Assembly: GCA_022791915.1 (NCBI GenBank)
Contig: JAAWAB010000020.1
Coordinates: forward strand, 4,391-68,390
DNA: 64,000 nucleotides
Direction: 5' to 3'
Source: Clostridia bacterium
GTDB lineage: Bacteria; Bacillota; Clostridia; Christensenellales; Pumilibacteraceae
The position numbers and the translations under genes are program-made. This document shows, one piece after another, positions 16,328 to 26,008 of the stretch (its first letter is position 1; every line of letters starts with the position of its first letter). Under the pieces are notes generated by a model. It saw only the letters and a list, made by a program, of their open reading frames with translations. It searched no databases and was not told the origin of the DNA.

Positions 16328-17044
16328 ATGAATTCAATCGGCAATTCGTGGGATAACATTCTTGCAGACCAATTTTCGGCGCCGTATTATGCCGACTTAT
16401 GCGAGCAGGTGGAAGAAGAGTATAAAAAGCATACCGTTTTTCCGCCGCACGAACTCATATTCCGCGCGCTTTCCATGATTGATTATAACGACGTGAAAGT
16501 GGTGATTTTGGGACAGGACCCGTATCACGGCGACGGACAGGCGAACGGCATTGCTTTTGCGGTGAACAAGGGGATTCCGCTTCCGCCGTCGCTCGTGAAT
16601 ATTTACAAGGAAATCGAGGACGATATCGGTGTAAAGATGCCGCAAACGGGCACACTTCTCGGGTGGGAAGAACAGGGAGTGCTGCTGCTTAACGCTACGC
16701 TTACGGTACGAAAGGCTACGCCGCAGTCCCATTCCAAGTTAGGTTGGCAACAGTTTACCGACGCGGTTACGCGGGCGATTGCGAAACGCGAAAAACCTGC
16801 GGTGTTTATTTTATGGGGCGCGGGCGCAGGAGCAAAAAAAGATTTGATTCCCGCGCGGCATTTGGTGCTTATGTCGCCGCACCCTTCTCCGTTATCGGCA
16901 AGCCGCGGTTTTTTCGGTTGTAAGCATTTCAGTCGCGCCAACGCTTTTTTGGCGGAAAACGGCATGACGCCCATCGACTGGGCGAATGTAGACGGCGGAC
17001 TGGCGGGGTATTACAGGGGCGGCGGCAAAATCTACCGCGTATAG
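16328..17044 (+). CDS. ung: uracil-DNA glycosylase (family 1)
   Basis: GQDPYH water-activating motif and HPSPLSA DNA-intercalation loop. Confidence 0.95.
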   Translation: MNSIGNSWDNILADQFSAPYYADLCEQVEEEYKKHTVFPPHELIFRALSMIDYNDVKVVILGQDPYHGDGQANGIAFAVNKGIPLPPSLVNIYKEIEDDIGVKMPQTGTLLGWEEQGVLLLNATLTVRKATPQSHSKLGWQQFTDAVTRAIAKREKPAVFILWGAGAGAKKDLIPARHLVLMSPHPSPLSASRGFFGCKHFSRANAFLAENGMTPIDWANVDGGLAGYYRGGGKIYRV

Positions 17045-17128
17045 AATTTGTTGCCCAAACGCAATACGGGGCGGTGTGTTACATATGGGCATATGTGAAA
17101 ATCAACAAGTATACAATAAGGATAGCGC

Positions 17129-18277
17129 ATGGTTGAAAACGAAGAAAAAATGAACGGAACGGAAGATTTTCCCGCAAAGCAAAAGCGGGGGATTATGTTT
17201 TGGCTGATTGCGGCGATTGCGCTTGCGGCAAGTTTGGCGCTTTCAATTTCGGCGCTTATCGTTGCTATGGCAAACAGGCAAAAAACGGACGGCGGACGCA
17301 TGGATTACGAAACTCTGTTTGCGAGTGTGCAACCGTCGGTAGTGGAAGTATATGGCGCCGCAAACAATAAGCGCGGCAGCGGCGTTATTTATAAAATAGA
17401 AGAAGGGCAGGCATATATTTTTACCAACTTTCACGTGGTGGACGCAACGCCTACCGCTCTTGTTCGGTTTAACGAGTTCGGCGATAAAGTGGAAAGTACG
17501 CTTTTAGGGTATGACGAGTATCACGATATTGCGGTGTTGCGTGTGTCTGCGGCGGAAGGTGCCGTTGCGGCGAAAATAAGCGGACTGCCGAATACGGGCA
17601 TGCCCGTGTTGGCGGTGGGCAACAGTTTGGGGTACGGGATTGCGGCGTTTGACGGCATTGTATCCAAAAGCAATCGGATATACACAATCGGCAATAAAGC
17701 GGTGCCTGTGATAGCGGTCACTTCCCCTATCAATGCGGGCATGAGCGGCGGCGGGGTATTCGATAGCACGGGCGCTCTTGTGGGAATAGGAACCTATCAG
17801 ACCACGGCGGTGAGCGACCCTTCGTCCGGTTCGGGCACGCGCCCCGTAGACGGCATGAGCTATGCCGTTCCCGCGGAAATTGCCGCAAAAATCGCACGCA
17901 AAATCGAGAACAATCCAAGCGGCGGACAGATAGACAGAATCGACGTGCGCGCCAATCCCGATATAGAAGATCAGGTGGATTTCAACGGTTTATATTTTCG
18001 AGCAAAATATACCGAAAAAGGACTTGCGGTGAATGTGATTGCGTATGCGGAGAACGACCCGCCTTCGTCGATGCAAGGCGGCTTGCCCAAAGTGGGGGAC
18101 GTTGTGGAGAAAATCGGTACGCTCGATATTACGGCACAAACGGGATTCGTACCGCTGTTTTCGGCGTGTTTGGATTATGCGCACGGCGGCAAAGGCGCGC
18201 CGCTTACCGTGGTGTTGCGTCGCGGAACCGAAACCGTTACCGTAACGTATTACGGGTTGGGACGCGATGACCGATAA
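17129..18277 (+). CDS. membrane-anchored S1C (trypsin/HtrA-like) serine protease
   Basis: N-terminal TM (IMFWLIAAIALAASLALSISALIVA). Triad context TNFHVV, HDIAVLRV and NAGMSGGGVFD. Confidence 0.8.
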   Translation: MVENEEKMNGTEDFPAKQKRGIMFWLIAAIALAASLALSISALIVAMANRQKTDGGRMDYETLFASVQPSVVEVYGAANNKRGSGVIYKIEEGQAYIFTNFHVVDATPTALVRFNEFGDKVESTLLGYDEYHDIAVLRVSAAEGAVAAKISGLPNTGMPVLAVGNSLGYGIAAFDGIVSKSNRIYTIGNKAVPVIAVTSPINAGMSGGGVFDSTGALVGIGTYQTTAVSDPSSGSGTRPVDGMSYAVPAEIAAKIARKIENNPSGGQIDRIDVRANPDIEDQVDFNGLYFRAKYTEKGLAVNVIAYAENDPPSSMQGGLPKVGDVVEKIGTLDITAQTGFVPLFSACLDYAHGGKGAPLTVVLRRGTETVTVTYYGLGRDDR

Positions 18278-18290
18278 AGGAGGGAGCGCA

Positions 18291-19427
18291 ATGCGGAAAT
18301 ACGCGAAAGCAATACGGGCGACGGTCGTTTTTGCGACATCGGCAATGTTTTTATTGTGGTTGGTCGGTTGCTCGTTTATCGAGTCGATTATCGGCGGAAA
18401 AAAGAGCGGCGATATTTTGCCGCACCTGATTTCCGAAGAAGAGAAAGAAGAAAATCCCGTGCGCCCCATAGATTCGCTTACGAAAACGCGCGGCTTTACG
18501 GCAAAAAACGTGGCGGCGCAGTATGACGAACTGTTGGATATTGTGTATGCGGGCGGAGAAAAATGCCGACCCGATTTTACCGACGCATCCGATGAAGTGG
18601 TGCGCGTATACAATGCCGCCGTGCGCGTACTCAACCGTTATATCCGCAACGATTTCACCGAGTATGAGCGCGTGCACGCCATTCACGATTATCTTTCGTA
18701 TTTTATAAAATACGACTTCGATTTATTGCAGAATGCGGGCAATGCGTCGGGCGATGACCCTGCGTTCCGTCTTGACGGCGTTTTCATCAACGGGAAAGCG
18801 GTATGCGACGGATTCAGCAAAGCGTTTTTGTTGTTGTGCGGAATCGAACAAATCCGTTGTATTCGTATAACGGGGCTATATAACATGGAAGGCACGAACA
18901 TCAATCACGCTTGGAACAAAGTGCAAATGGACGGCGTGTGGTACAATGTGGATACCACCATGGACGCATGGCACGTGTACACCGATTCGGGGGATACGCC
19001 GACCAGTTTGTTGTGTCACGGATATTTTCTGATTTCCGACGATTTGATTACCGAACCGCTGACGGGACGGCATGTGCAGAGCGGAAAAGACGACGTGAAC
19101 TACGAGTGTACCCAAACGTATGATTTTTACCGCAATACGCCTTCGGGCATAGGTACCCAATCCATGGAAGTAACGAGCGGTGCGGAGTTGAACGAACTAT
19201 TCGAGCAGATTAAAAAGAAAAAGCGCGCCGTGGGAAAAATCGAATTGAAACTGAATTTTCCCGAATACGATAAAAGCAATCTTGCGCGTCCCGACGCCTA
19301 TGCGTCGTACATTGCGGCGGCGTATAAAAAGGTGTCCGATACCGATTTTGTTTTGGATGCGGAGAACGGAACCTATCCGTATCAGCGTTATCCCGACGGA
19401 GTGTTTGTGTTTTTGATTTATAAGTAA
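18291..19427 (+). CDS. transglutaminase-like (papain-fold) lipoprotein
   Basis: Start at ATG 18291, after RBS aaggaggga. Lipobox LWLVGC. Transglutaminase core: CDGFSKAFLLLC ... HAWNKVQMDGVWYNVD. Confidence 0.75.
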   Translation: MRKYAKAIRATVVFATSAMFLLWLVGCSFIESIIGGKKSGDILPHLISEEEKEENPVRPIDSLTKTRGFTAKNVAAQYDELLDIVYAGGEKCRPDFTDASDEVVRVYNAAVRVLNRYIRNDFTEYERVHAIHDYLSYFIKYDFDLLQNAGNASGDDPAFRLDGVFINGKAVCDGFSKAFLLLCGIEQIRCIRITGLYNMEGTNINHAWNKVQMDGVWYNVDTTMDAWHVYTDSGDTPTSLLCHGYFLISDDLITEPLTGRHVQSGKDDVNYECTQTYDFYRNTPSGIGTQSMEVTSGAELNELFEQIKKKKRAVGKIELKLNFPEYDKSNLARPDAYASYIAAAYKKVSDTDFVLDAENGTYPYQRYPDGVFVFLIYK

Positions 19428-19471
19428 ATGTTTTATGATTTTGCCGAAACAGTTATATTTGCTTACAAACA

Positions 19472-19508
19472 AAAAAAGAGAGTTTCAAAAAACTCTCTTT
19501 TACTTTTT
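19472..19508. terminator. bidirectional Rho-independent terminator
   Basis: Stem aaagagagtt/aactctcttt flanked by A7 and a T-rich tail. Sits between convergent genes. Confidence 0.8.
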
Positions 19509-19520
19509 GCGTTTTAATCG

Positions 19521-19784
19521 TCAGCGTGCCAAACCGTGTTTTACTCTGTCGCGTTCTTCGGCGGCTTTGGCATTGTTGAAACGGTCGAGCGTGCCCACCA
19601 AATAGCCCGTTATGCGGCGAATGCGCTCAAACGGTTTGCGGGTGTAATATTTAATGTCTACATACTCGCCGTTGGGTGTAAGTTCTACTTTGTAAATAGT
19701 ATCGCTCGGGTGTTTTGCGTTCAGCGTTTGCAATGCGGCGTCTACTTCGGCTTCGGTTACGTCGCCGTTTTTTACGATTTCCAT
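19521..19784 (-). CDS. stand-alone NrdD-type glycyl-radical domain protein (87 aa)
   Basis: Start refined to ATG 19784, after RBS aggagaa. The C-terminus FERIRRITGYLVGTLDRFNNAKAAEERDRVKH matches the class III RNR glycyl-radical loop pattern RxxGYL...(W/F)NxxK...E...R. No barrel domain and no Cys residues. Confidence 0.65.
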   Translation of the reverse strand: MEIVKNGDVTEAEVDAALQTLNAKHPSDTIYKVELTPNGEYVDIKYYTRKPFERIRRITGYLVGTLDRFNNAKAAEERDRVKHGLAR

Positions 19785-19795
19785 GGTTGCTTGTT

Positions 19796-19811
19796 CTCCT
19801 ATATATAGTGT
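19796..19811. promoter_or_regulatory. NrdR box 1 (promoter-proximal)
   Basis: CTCCTATATATAGTGT matches 13 of 16 positions of the NrdR-box palindrome acaCwAtATaTwGtgt. Lies between the predicted TSS and the RBS. Confidence 0.6.
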
Positions 19812-19827
19812 TGTTGTGCCACGATTG

Positions 19828-19843
19828 ACACTATATATAGTAT
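19828..19843. promoter_or_regulatory. NrdR box 2 (overlaps the -10)
   Basis: ACACTATATATAGTAT matches 15 of 16 positions of the NrdR-box consensus. Centre-to-centre distance to box 1 is 32 bp. Confidence 0.7.
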
Positions 19844-19867
19844 AGCACACCTGTCCGATTTTGGCAA
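19839..19867 (-). promoter_or_regulatory. promoter of the NrdD-like gene
   Basis: On the minus strand: TTGCCA (19867-19862), 17 nt, TGcTATACT (-10 hexamer at 19844-19839). Confidence 0.55.
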
Positions 19868-19909
19868 CCGTTTGAACGGAAAAATTTGTATGCGATAGGG
19901 AATTCTCTT

Positions 19910-20140
19910 TTATTTTTTCATTTGGCTTTCGATATAATCGACAAGCGCGCCCACTTTGGTAAGTTCTTCTACCTTTTCGTCGGGAATGGTGATACCTGCC
20001 TGTTCTTCGAGCGTGAACAACATTTCCACTATCACCAATGAATCGGCGTTGAGGTCTTTGCGGATATCGGTGTCGCGCGTAATGGCGCTTTTATCCGCTT
20101 TGAGATATTTTGCCAGCAATTCGGTTACTTGGTCGAACAT
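19910..20140 (-). CDS. acyl carrier protein
   Basis: Start refined to ATG 20140, after RBS aggagaa. 76 aa with the phosphopantetheine-attachment motif LNADSLVIVEM. Confidence 0.8.
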   Translation of the reverse strand: MFDQVTELLAKYLKADKSAITRDTDIRKDLNADSLVIVEMLFTLEEQAGITIPDEKVEELTKVGALVDYIESQMKK

Positions 20141-20171
20141 ATTTTTTTCTCCTATAATGGTTATTTTATTT

Positions 20172-21251
20172 TTAACTGTTAAGAATTTCGAGCGCAATCA
20201 ATTCGCCCATTTTCGAGCAACTTACTTTTTTGTTGCCCGTTTCCGATATATCGAGCGTGCGGTAGCCCTTATCTAAAATCACGTTGACTGCCCGTTCTAC
20301 CGCCGTGGTTTCCTGAATCAAAGAGAACGACGACGAAAGCATCATGGCGGCGGCTAAAATAGTTGCGATGGGGTTTGCGATATCTTGCCCCGCGATGTCG
20401 GGCGCCGACCCGTGAATGGGTTCATACAGTCCCAGCTTGGTTGCGCCCAAACTGCTGCTCGGCAACAATCCGATAGACCCCGTAATCATTGCCGCTTCGT
20501 CGGTTAAAATATCGCCGAACATGTTGGGGCAAAGCATTACGTCGAATTGCGACGGCTCTTTAACGAGTTGCATGGCGCAGTTATCCACTAACATGTGTTC
20601 CACCCGAACGTCGGGATAACTTTTGGCTACTTTGTTCACGGTGGCGCGCCACAATCTTCCCGTTTCCAATACGTTGGATTTATCGATACTCGTCACCTTT
20701 TTGCGGCGTCCCATGGCGATATCGAAGGCGATTTTTGCCACGCGTTCGATTTCGGCAATGGAGTACACTTCGGTGTCGTACGCTTCCTGCCCGTTTTTGC
20801 CGTCACGGTAACCGCGCGGTCCGAAATAAATGCCGCCCGTCAGTTCACGCACCACCATGATGTTCACGCCTTTTTTGGCGATTGCGGGTTTTAAGGGCGA
20901 ACCTGCGCGCAACTGGTCGTATAAAACGGCGGGGCGAACGTTGGCATATAAGCCGAGCGCGCTGCGCAGATTGAGCAATCCTTTTTCGGGACGCAAGTGC
21001 CCCGCAAGATTATCCCACTTGGGTCCGCCTACCGCGCCGAGCAATACGGCGTCCGAGCGCAGACAGTCGTCTATCGTTTCTTGCGGAAGGGGTACGCCCG
21101 TTGCGTCGATAGCCGCGCCGCCCATCGGCGGAAAGGAATAGCGGAACGTGTGCCCGAACCGACGAGCTACCGCGTCTAAACAACCGATTGCCGCATCGAT
21201 GATTTCCGGTCCGATTCCGTCGCCGCGGATTACCGCAATTTTACATTCCAT
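20172..21251 (-). CDS. leuB: 3-isopropylmalate dehydrogenase
   Basis: IAVIRGDGIGPEI, GSIGLLPSSSLG and LYEPIHGSAPDIAGQDIANP. Confidence 0.9.
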   Translation of the reverse strand: MECKIAVIRGDGIGPEIIDAAIGCLDAVARRFGHTFRYSFPPMGGAAIDATGVPLPQETIDDCLRSDAVLLGAVGGPKWDNLAGHLRPEKGLLNLRSALGLYANVRPAVLYDQLRAGSPLKPAIAKKGVNIMVVRELTGGIYFGPRGYRDGKNGQEAYDTEVYSIAEIERVAKIAFDIAMGRRKKVTSIDKSNVLETGRLWRATVNKVAKSYPDVRVEHMLVDNCAMQLVKEPSQFDVMLCPNMFGDILTDEAAMITGSIGLLPSSSLGATKLGLYEPIHGSAPDIAGQDIANPIATILAAAMMLSSSFSLIQETTAVERAVNVILDKGYRTLDISETGNKKVSCSKMGELIALEILNS

Positions 21252-21323
21252 GATTTTATCCTCCTCGTATACGTCGGTTTGCGTACGCCGTTTTGCGCCG
21301 CTTGCCGATTTTTTGTCCCCGAT

Positions 21324-21788
21324 TTATTTGAGCAAGCCGCCGCGCTCTATGATTTTGCGGATTTCGGCGGGGTAGGGCGGTACGGCGTATTCTTTGCCCG
21401 TTCGCTCGTTTGTTATTTTTCCGTTTGTTAAATCTACGGTAAGCGTATCTCCGTTGCGTGCTTCGTCTGCCGCTTGCGGACATTCGAGAATAGGCAACCC
21501 GATATTGATGGCATTACGGAAGAAAATGCGCGCGAAACTGCGGGCTATCACGCATGAAATTCCCGCCGCTTTAATGGCGAGCGGCGCGTGTTCGCGGGAA
21601 GACCCGCAACCGAAGTTTTCGCCTGCCACTAAAATGTCGCCGTTTTGCACTTTACGCACGAATTCCGCGTCGAGGTCTTCGAGGCAGTGTGTGGCAAGAT
21701 CTTTTTCGTCCGACGAATTGAGATACCGCGCGGGAATAATTACGTCGGTGTCTACGTTGTCGCCGTATTTATGTACTGTACCCGTCAT
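21324..21788 (-). CDS. leuD: 3-isopropylmalate dehydratase small subunit (short LeuD type)
   Basis: [15 protein letters not shown] and [14 protein letters not shown]. Confidence 0.85.
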   Translation of the reverse strand: MTGTVHKYGDNVDTDVIIPARYLNSSDEKDLATHCLEDLDAEFVRKVQNGDILVAGENFGCGSSREHAPLAIKAAGISCVIARSFARIFFRNAINIGLPILECPQAADEARNGDTLTVDLTNGKITNERTGKEYAVPPYPAEIRKIIERGGLLK

Positions 21789-21841
21789 AGCTATACCGCT
21801 CCTTTTGTTTTAGTTGTTCGTGTTTGTTTCTGCGTTTCGTT

Positions 21842-23098
21842 TCAGTCGTCGATTGCGCCCAATCGCCCGAGCACCGCGCTCGACGCGGCAACATACGGCG
21901 ACGCCAGATAGATTTCACTGCTTGTGTGTCCCATTCGCCCCACAAAGTTGCGGTTGGTGGTGGCGACGCACCGTTCGCCTTGGGCGAGAATGCCCATGTA
22001 TCCGCCCAAACACGGTCCGCAGGTGGGGGTGGATACCACCGCACCCGCTTTTATAATGGTTTCGATTAAACCTTCTTGGATTGCCTGCAAATAGATTTCG
22101 TTGGTGGCGGGAATCACGATTGTCCGCACGCCTTTTGCCACTTTTCTGCCCTTGAACACTTCGGCGGCGGCGCGCAGGTCGGATATGTGCCCGTTGGTAC
22201 ACGAGCCGATGACTACCTGGTCGATTTTGATTTCGCCCGCTTGGTCGATGGTGCGCGTGTTTTCGGGCAGGTGGGGGAATGCGACCGTGGGGCGAAGCGT
22301 CGATAAATCGATTTCTACCGTTTGTTCGTATACGGCGTCGGGGTCGGCGCGGTAGCATTTCCCTTTGCGTTCCGTTCTGCCTTGTAAATAACTTTCGGTA
22401 ACCGTGTCGCAGGCAAAAATGCCGTTTTTGGCTCCCGCTTCGATTGCCATGTTGCAAATCGTGAAACGGTCGTCTATATCGAGCGCCGCACAGCCGTCGC
22501 CCGTAAATTCCAACGATTTATACAGAGCGCCGCATACGCCGATTTTTCCGATTAAATGCAAAATCACGTCTTTGCCGCAGATATGCTTTGCCTTTCTGCC
22601 GTGCAATATCACATGGATTGCGGCAGGCACTTTGAACCAGGCGGTTCCCGTTGCCATACCGTACGCCATGTCGGTAGAGCCGACGCCCGTGGAAAACGCG
22701 CCGAGCGCGCCATACGTGCAGGTATGCGAATCGGCGCCGATAATCAGGTCGCCGGGAGAAACGAGTCCCTGTTCGGGCAACAGTGCATGCTCTATACCCA
22801 TGTTGCCCACGTCGTAAAAATGCGAAATCTGTTCGCGGCAAGCAAAATCGCGGCACTGCTTGCATTGCTGTGCCGATTTGATGTCTTTATTGGGAACGAA
22901 ATGGTCCATGACAAGAGCGATTTTGTCTTTATCGAAAACGCCCGATTTGCCCGCTTTTTCCAATTCTTTAATCGCAACGGGAGACGTAATGTCGTTGCCG
23001 AGTACAAGGTCGAGTTTTGCGGTAATCAGCTGACCCGCTTCCACGCGGTTTAATCCCGCTTTATCGGCAAGTATTTTCTGTGAAAGTGTCATACCCAT
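21842..23098 (-). CDS. leuC: 3-isopropylmalate dehydratase large subunit
   Basis: Aconitase-family Fe-S ligand contexts [24 protein letters not shown] and TCGPCLGG. Confidence 0.9.
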   Translation of the reverse strand: MGMTLSQKILADKAGLNRVEAGQLITAKLDLVLGNDITSPVAIKELEKAGKSGVFDKDKIALVMDHFVPNKDIKSAQQCKQCRDFACREQISHFYDVGNMGIEHALLPEQGLVSPGDLIIGADSHTCTYGALGAFSTGVGSTDMAYGMATGTAWFKVPAAIHVILHGRKAKHICGKDVILHLIGKIGVCGALYKSLEFTGDGCAALDIDDRFTICNMAIEAGAKNGIFACDTVTESYLQGRTERKGKCYRADPDAVYEQTVEIDLSTLRPTVAFPHLPENTRTIDQAGEIKIDQVVIGSCTNGHISDLRAAAEVFKGRKVAKGVRTIVIPATNEIYLQAIQEGLIETIIKAGAVVSTPTCGPCLGGYMGILAQGERCVATTNRNFVGRMGHTSSEIYLASPYVAASSAVLGRLGAIDD

Positions 23099-23144
23099 AG
23101 GCGCGCCCTCTTATTGCCCGTTGCCCGACGTGCGGACAAAACGG

Positions 23145-24803
23145 TCAGAATTTCTTTTTGAGCACGGCGCCCTGTGCCGCGCCCGTAACCAAATATTTAT
23201 AGCGGAGTAACCAGCCCGTAGGTTCGCCGTCTTTGGGACGGTATTTTTTGGTGCGTGCCGCCATTTCCTTTGCGTTGATTTCCAGATTGAGTTTTCCGTT
23301 GGGGATATCGATACTGATTTTGTCGCCGTCTTTAATGAGCGCGATTTTACCGCCCGCCGCCGCTTCGGGGCACACGTGCCCGATTGCCGCGCCGCGCGTT
23401 GCGCCCGAGAATCTGCCGTCGGTGATAAGCGCTACGTCTTCGTCTAACCCCATGCCGCACAAAGCCGAAGTGGGGGAGAGCATTTCGCGCATGCCCGGTC
23501 CGCCTTTGGGGCCTTCGTAGCGGATAACCACCACGTCGCCCTTTTGGATTTTGCCGCTCATGATGGCGAGCACGCAATCTTCTTCGCTGTCGAACACTTT
23601 GGCTTTGCCCGTGAACGTGAGCATTTTATGCGAAACCGCGCTACGCTTTACCACCGCGCCGTCTTCGCAGATGTTGCCTTTAAGCACCGCAATGCCGCCG
23701 CACGGCGAAATGGGATTGTCTATCGGCTGAATCGCTTCGCCCGTTACCGCTTTTCCCGCATACGAATGGGAAAGCGTTTTACCCGTTACGGTAAGGGAAT
23801 CGCCTTTAATCAGATTTTTGCTTGCCAGCTGATTGAGCACTGCCATAATGCCGCCCGACCTACCGAGGTCTTCCATATCCTGCGTGGTGGAAGGGCTCAA
23901 TTTGCAGAGATTGGGCGTGCGGTCGGAAATTTGTTGCACCAAGTCGAGATTGAGCGTGATTCCGCATTCGGCGGCAACGGCAAATAAGTGGAGCACCGTG
24001 TTGGTGGACGCCCCGATTGCCATGTCGACGGCAAGCGCGTTCATAAATGCGTCTTTGGTTAAAATCATGCGCGGGCGGATGTCGTTTTCCACCAGTTTCA
24101 TAATGGCTTCGCCCGCCTTTTTGGCAAGCCGCAACCGTTCCGCTTGCACGGCGGGCACGGTGCCGTTTCCGGGAAGCGCTATGCCGAGCGCTTCGCACAG
24201 ACAGTTCAGGCTGTTCGCCGTATACATGCCGCAACAACTTCCGCAGCCGGGACAAGCGCAGTTTTCTAATTCGGTTAATTCGTCCAAAGACATTTTGCCC
24301 GCTTTTACGGCGCCCACCGCTTCAAACGTGGAAGAAAGGCTGACTTTTTTTCCGCGGTAGATTCCGCTACTCATCGGTCCGCCCGATACGAGCACGGTGG
24401 GAAGATTGACGCGTGCCGCGCCCATCAGCATGCCCGGTACGATTTTATCGCAGTTGGGAACGAGCACCGCTCCGTCGAACGCGTGCCCTATAAGCATGCT
24501 TTCCACGCCGTCGGCAATGAGTTCGCGGCTGGGCAACGAATATCGCATACCGTCGTGCCCCATGGCAATGCCGTCGCAGATTCCGATTGCGGGAACCACA
24601 ACGGGCGTGCCGCCCGCGGCGTAAATGCCAGCCTTTACGGCGTCGGTAATCGTGTCAAGGTGCATATGACCGGGAACGATTTCGCTCTTTGCCGAAATAA
24701 CGGCGATTATCGGCTTGGCGATTTCGTCGTCGGATAATCCCAACGCTTTGTAGAGCGCTCTTTGCGGCGCTTTTTCTATACCCGAACTCAATTCTTTGGA
24801 CAT
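23145..24803 (-). CDS. ilvD: dihydroxy-acid dehydratase
   Basis: Start refined to ATG 24803, after RBS agagagga. [36 protein letters not shown] and [11 protein letters not shown]. Confidence 0.92.
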   Translation of the reverse strand: MSKELSSGIEKAPQRALYKALGLSDDEIAKPIIAVISAKSEIVPGHMHLDTITDAVKAGIYAAGGTPVVVPAIGICDGIAMGHDGMRYSLPSRELIADGVESMLIGHAFDGAVLVPNCDKIVPGMLMGAARVNLPTVLVSGGPMSSGIYRGKKVSLSSTFEAVGAVKAGKMSLDELTELENCACPGCGSCCGMYTANSLNCLCEALGIALPGNGTVPAVQAERLRLAKKAGEAIMKLVENDIRPRMILTKDAFMNALAVDMAIGASTNTVLHLFAVAAECGITLNLDLVQQISDRTPNLCKLSPSTTQDMEDLGRSGGIMAVLNQLASKNLIKGDSLTVTGKTLSHSYAGKAVTGEAIQPIDNPISPCGGIAVLKGNICEDGAVVKRSAVSHKMLTFTGKAKVFDSEEDCVLAIMSGKIQKGDVVVIRYEGPKGGPGMREMLSPTSALCGMGLDEDVALITDGRFSGATRGAAIGHVCPEAAAGGKIALIKDGDKISIDIPNGKLNLEINAKEMAARTKKYRPKDGEPTGWLLRYKYLVTGAAQGAVLKKKF

Positions 24804-24840
24804 ACGGTTTTGTTCCTCTCTTTGATAGTATTCCGTATAT

Positions 24841-24870
24841 AGTATAACAAAAAAACGGCTTGTTTGTAAA
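24841..24870 (-). promoter_or_regulatory. promoter of the ilvD-leuCDB operon
   Basis: On the minus strand: TTTACA (24870-24865), 18 nt, TGtTATACT (-10 hexamer at 24846-24841). Leaves a 5' UTR of only about 30 nt. Confidence 0.5.
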
Positions 24871-25115
24871 GTCGTTTTGCCTTTTCTTACTATGATAATT
24901 TTATCCAAAGGGCGGATTTTTCGGTTTTTTGCCCGTTTATTTGCTTGTTACGCCGTTTTCGGGCTTTTCGGAGTTGCCGTTTTGGGTAGTTGCGTCGTCT
25001 TTTTTTACGATTGTGTGCGCGGTTTATGTTTTTCAAATCCTTTACTTTTTGCGTAAAACTGTGCTATACTAATAAAGTATGCGGCAAATTATGCCGTATG
25101 CTACGGAGAAACCAG

Positions 25116-25736
25116 ATGACGGACGTATTCAGTCAATCCGAAAAAGCGGCGGCGCGTCGGGAAAAGAAAATTCTTTTCTGGACGTGGTTTGCCATAACGG
25201 CGGCATATGTTGCGTTGATGGCAACGTTGATTGCCACCGACCTTGTGTTGGTGAGCGTACACCGCAATCGCAACCACACGCTTTGGATGGGAGCGTTGAG
25301 TATGCTTGCAACGGTAGCATACGTTTGTTTTACGCTCTTTTTCTTTTCGATTAAGTATCGTTTAACGCGCAAATACGTGCGCATGCTACGCGATATGGAC
25401 AGGGGGCTCAAAGATACCTTTGAAGGCAGGTTCATGGGCTACGACGACGCTATCGGCATGAAAGACGGCGTATACTTTTATTCCATGCTCTTAAAGACCC
25501 GTCCGCTTCGCCGTGACGACATCGACGAACGAAAACTTTTAATCGAACACACGGTGCCCAAAATCGAATTGAACGAAGGGGATAAATTGCGGCTTGTCAG
25601 CCATGCCAACATTTTGATTTCGTACGAAATACTCGAACGCGCGCCCGTGGCGGAGAAAGCGGAAGAGAATACACAAAATACGGACGCCGCACCTGTGACG
25701 CCCGTCATACAGCAAACCAAGGAGAGAACGGAATGA
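25116..25736 (+). CDS. membrane protein, unknown function
   Basis: Start set at ATG 25116, after RBS acggaga. Two TM helices (ILFWTWFAITAAYVALMATLIATDLVLV, LWMGALSMLATVAYVCFTLFFF), then a soluble domain. Its stop overlaps the next gene's start. Confidence 0.55.
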   Translation: MTDVFSQSEKAAARREKKILFWTWFAITAAYVALMATLIATDLVLVSVHRNRNHTLWMGALSMLATVAYVCFTLFFFSIKYRLTRKYVRMLRDMDRGLKDTFEGRFMGYDDAIGMKDGVYFYSMLLKTRPLRRDDIDERKLLIEHTVPKIELNEGDKLRLVSHANILISYEILERAPVAEKAEENTQNTDAAPVTPVIQQTKERTE

Positions 25737-25996
25737 AAGCAATCGTTACGGTAGTGGGTAAAGACAAATCGGGTATCATAGCGCGCGTTACGGCATTTTT
25801 GGCGGAAGCGGGCGCCAATGTGGAAGACATCAGCCAGACGGTGCTACAAGACTGGTTTGCCATGATTATGCTTGTGGAAACGGGCAAGGCGCAAATAGGA
25901 GAACTTCGTAAAGGTGCCGCGGCATTGGGCGAAACAATCGGTGTGGATATTTCGGTGCAACACGAAGATATCTTTACGGCAATGCACAGAATATAA
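25733..25996 (+). CDS. ACT-domain protein (UPF0237 family)
   Basis: MKAIVTVVGKDKSGIIARVTAFLAEAGANVEDISQTVLQDWFAMIMLVE. Conserved pairing with the UPF0210 gene that follows. Confidence 0.8.
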   Translation: MKAIVTVVGKDKSGIIARVTAFLAEAGANVEDISQTVLQDWFAMIMLVETGKAQIGELRKGAAALGETIGVDISVQHEDIFTAMHRI

Positions 25997-26008
25997 GAGG
26001 GCGGCGCA

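Noticed and set aside
24804-25115. Possible T-box, leader-peptide attenuator or curved-DNA element upstream of ilvD
   Set aside because: The only good promoter lies about 35 nt from the start codon. I saw no specifier or antiterminator structure and no leader ORF. T-tracts between 24915 and 25006 recur at roughly helical spacing, but too irregularly to call phased bending.
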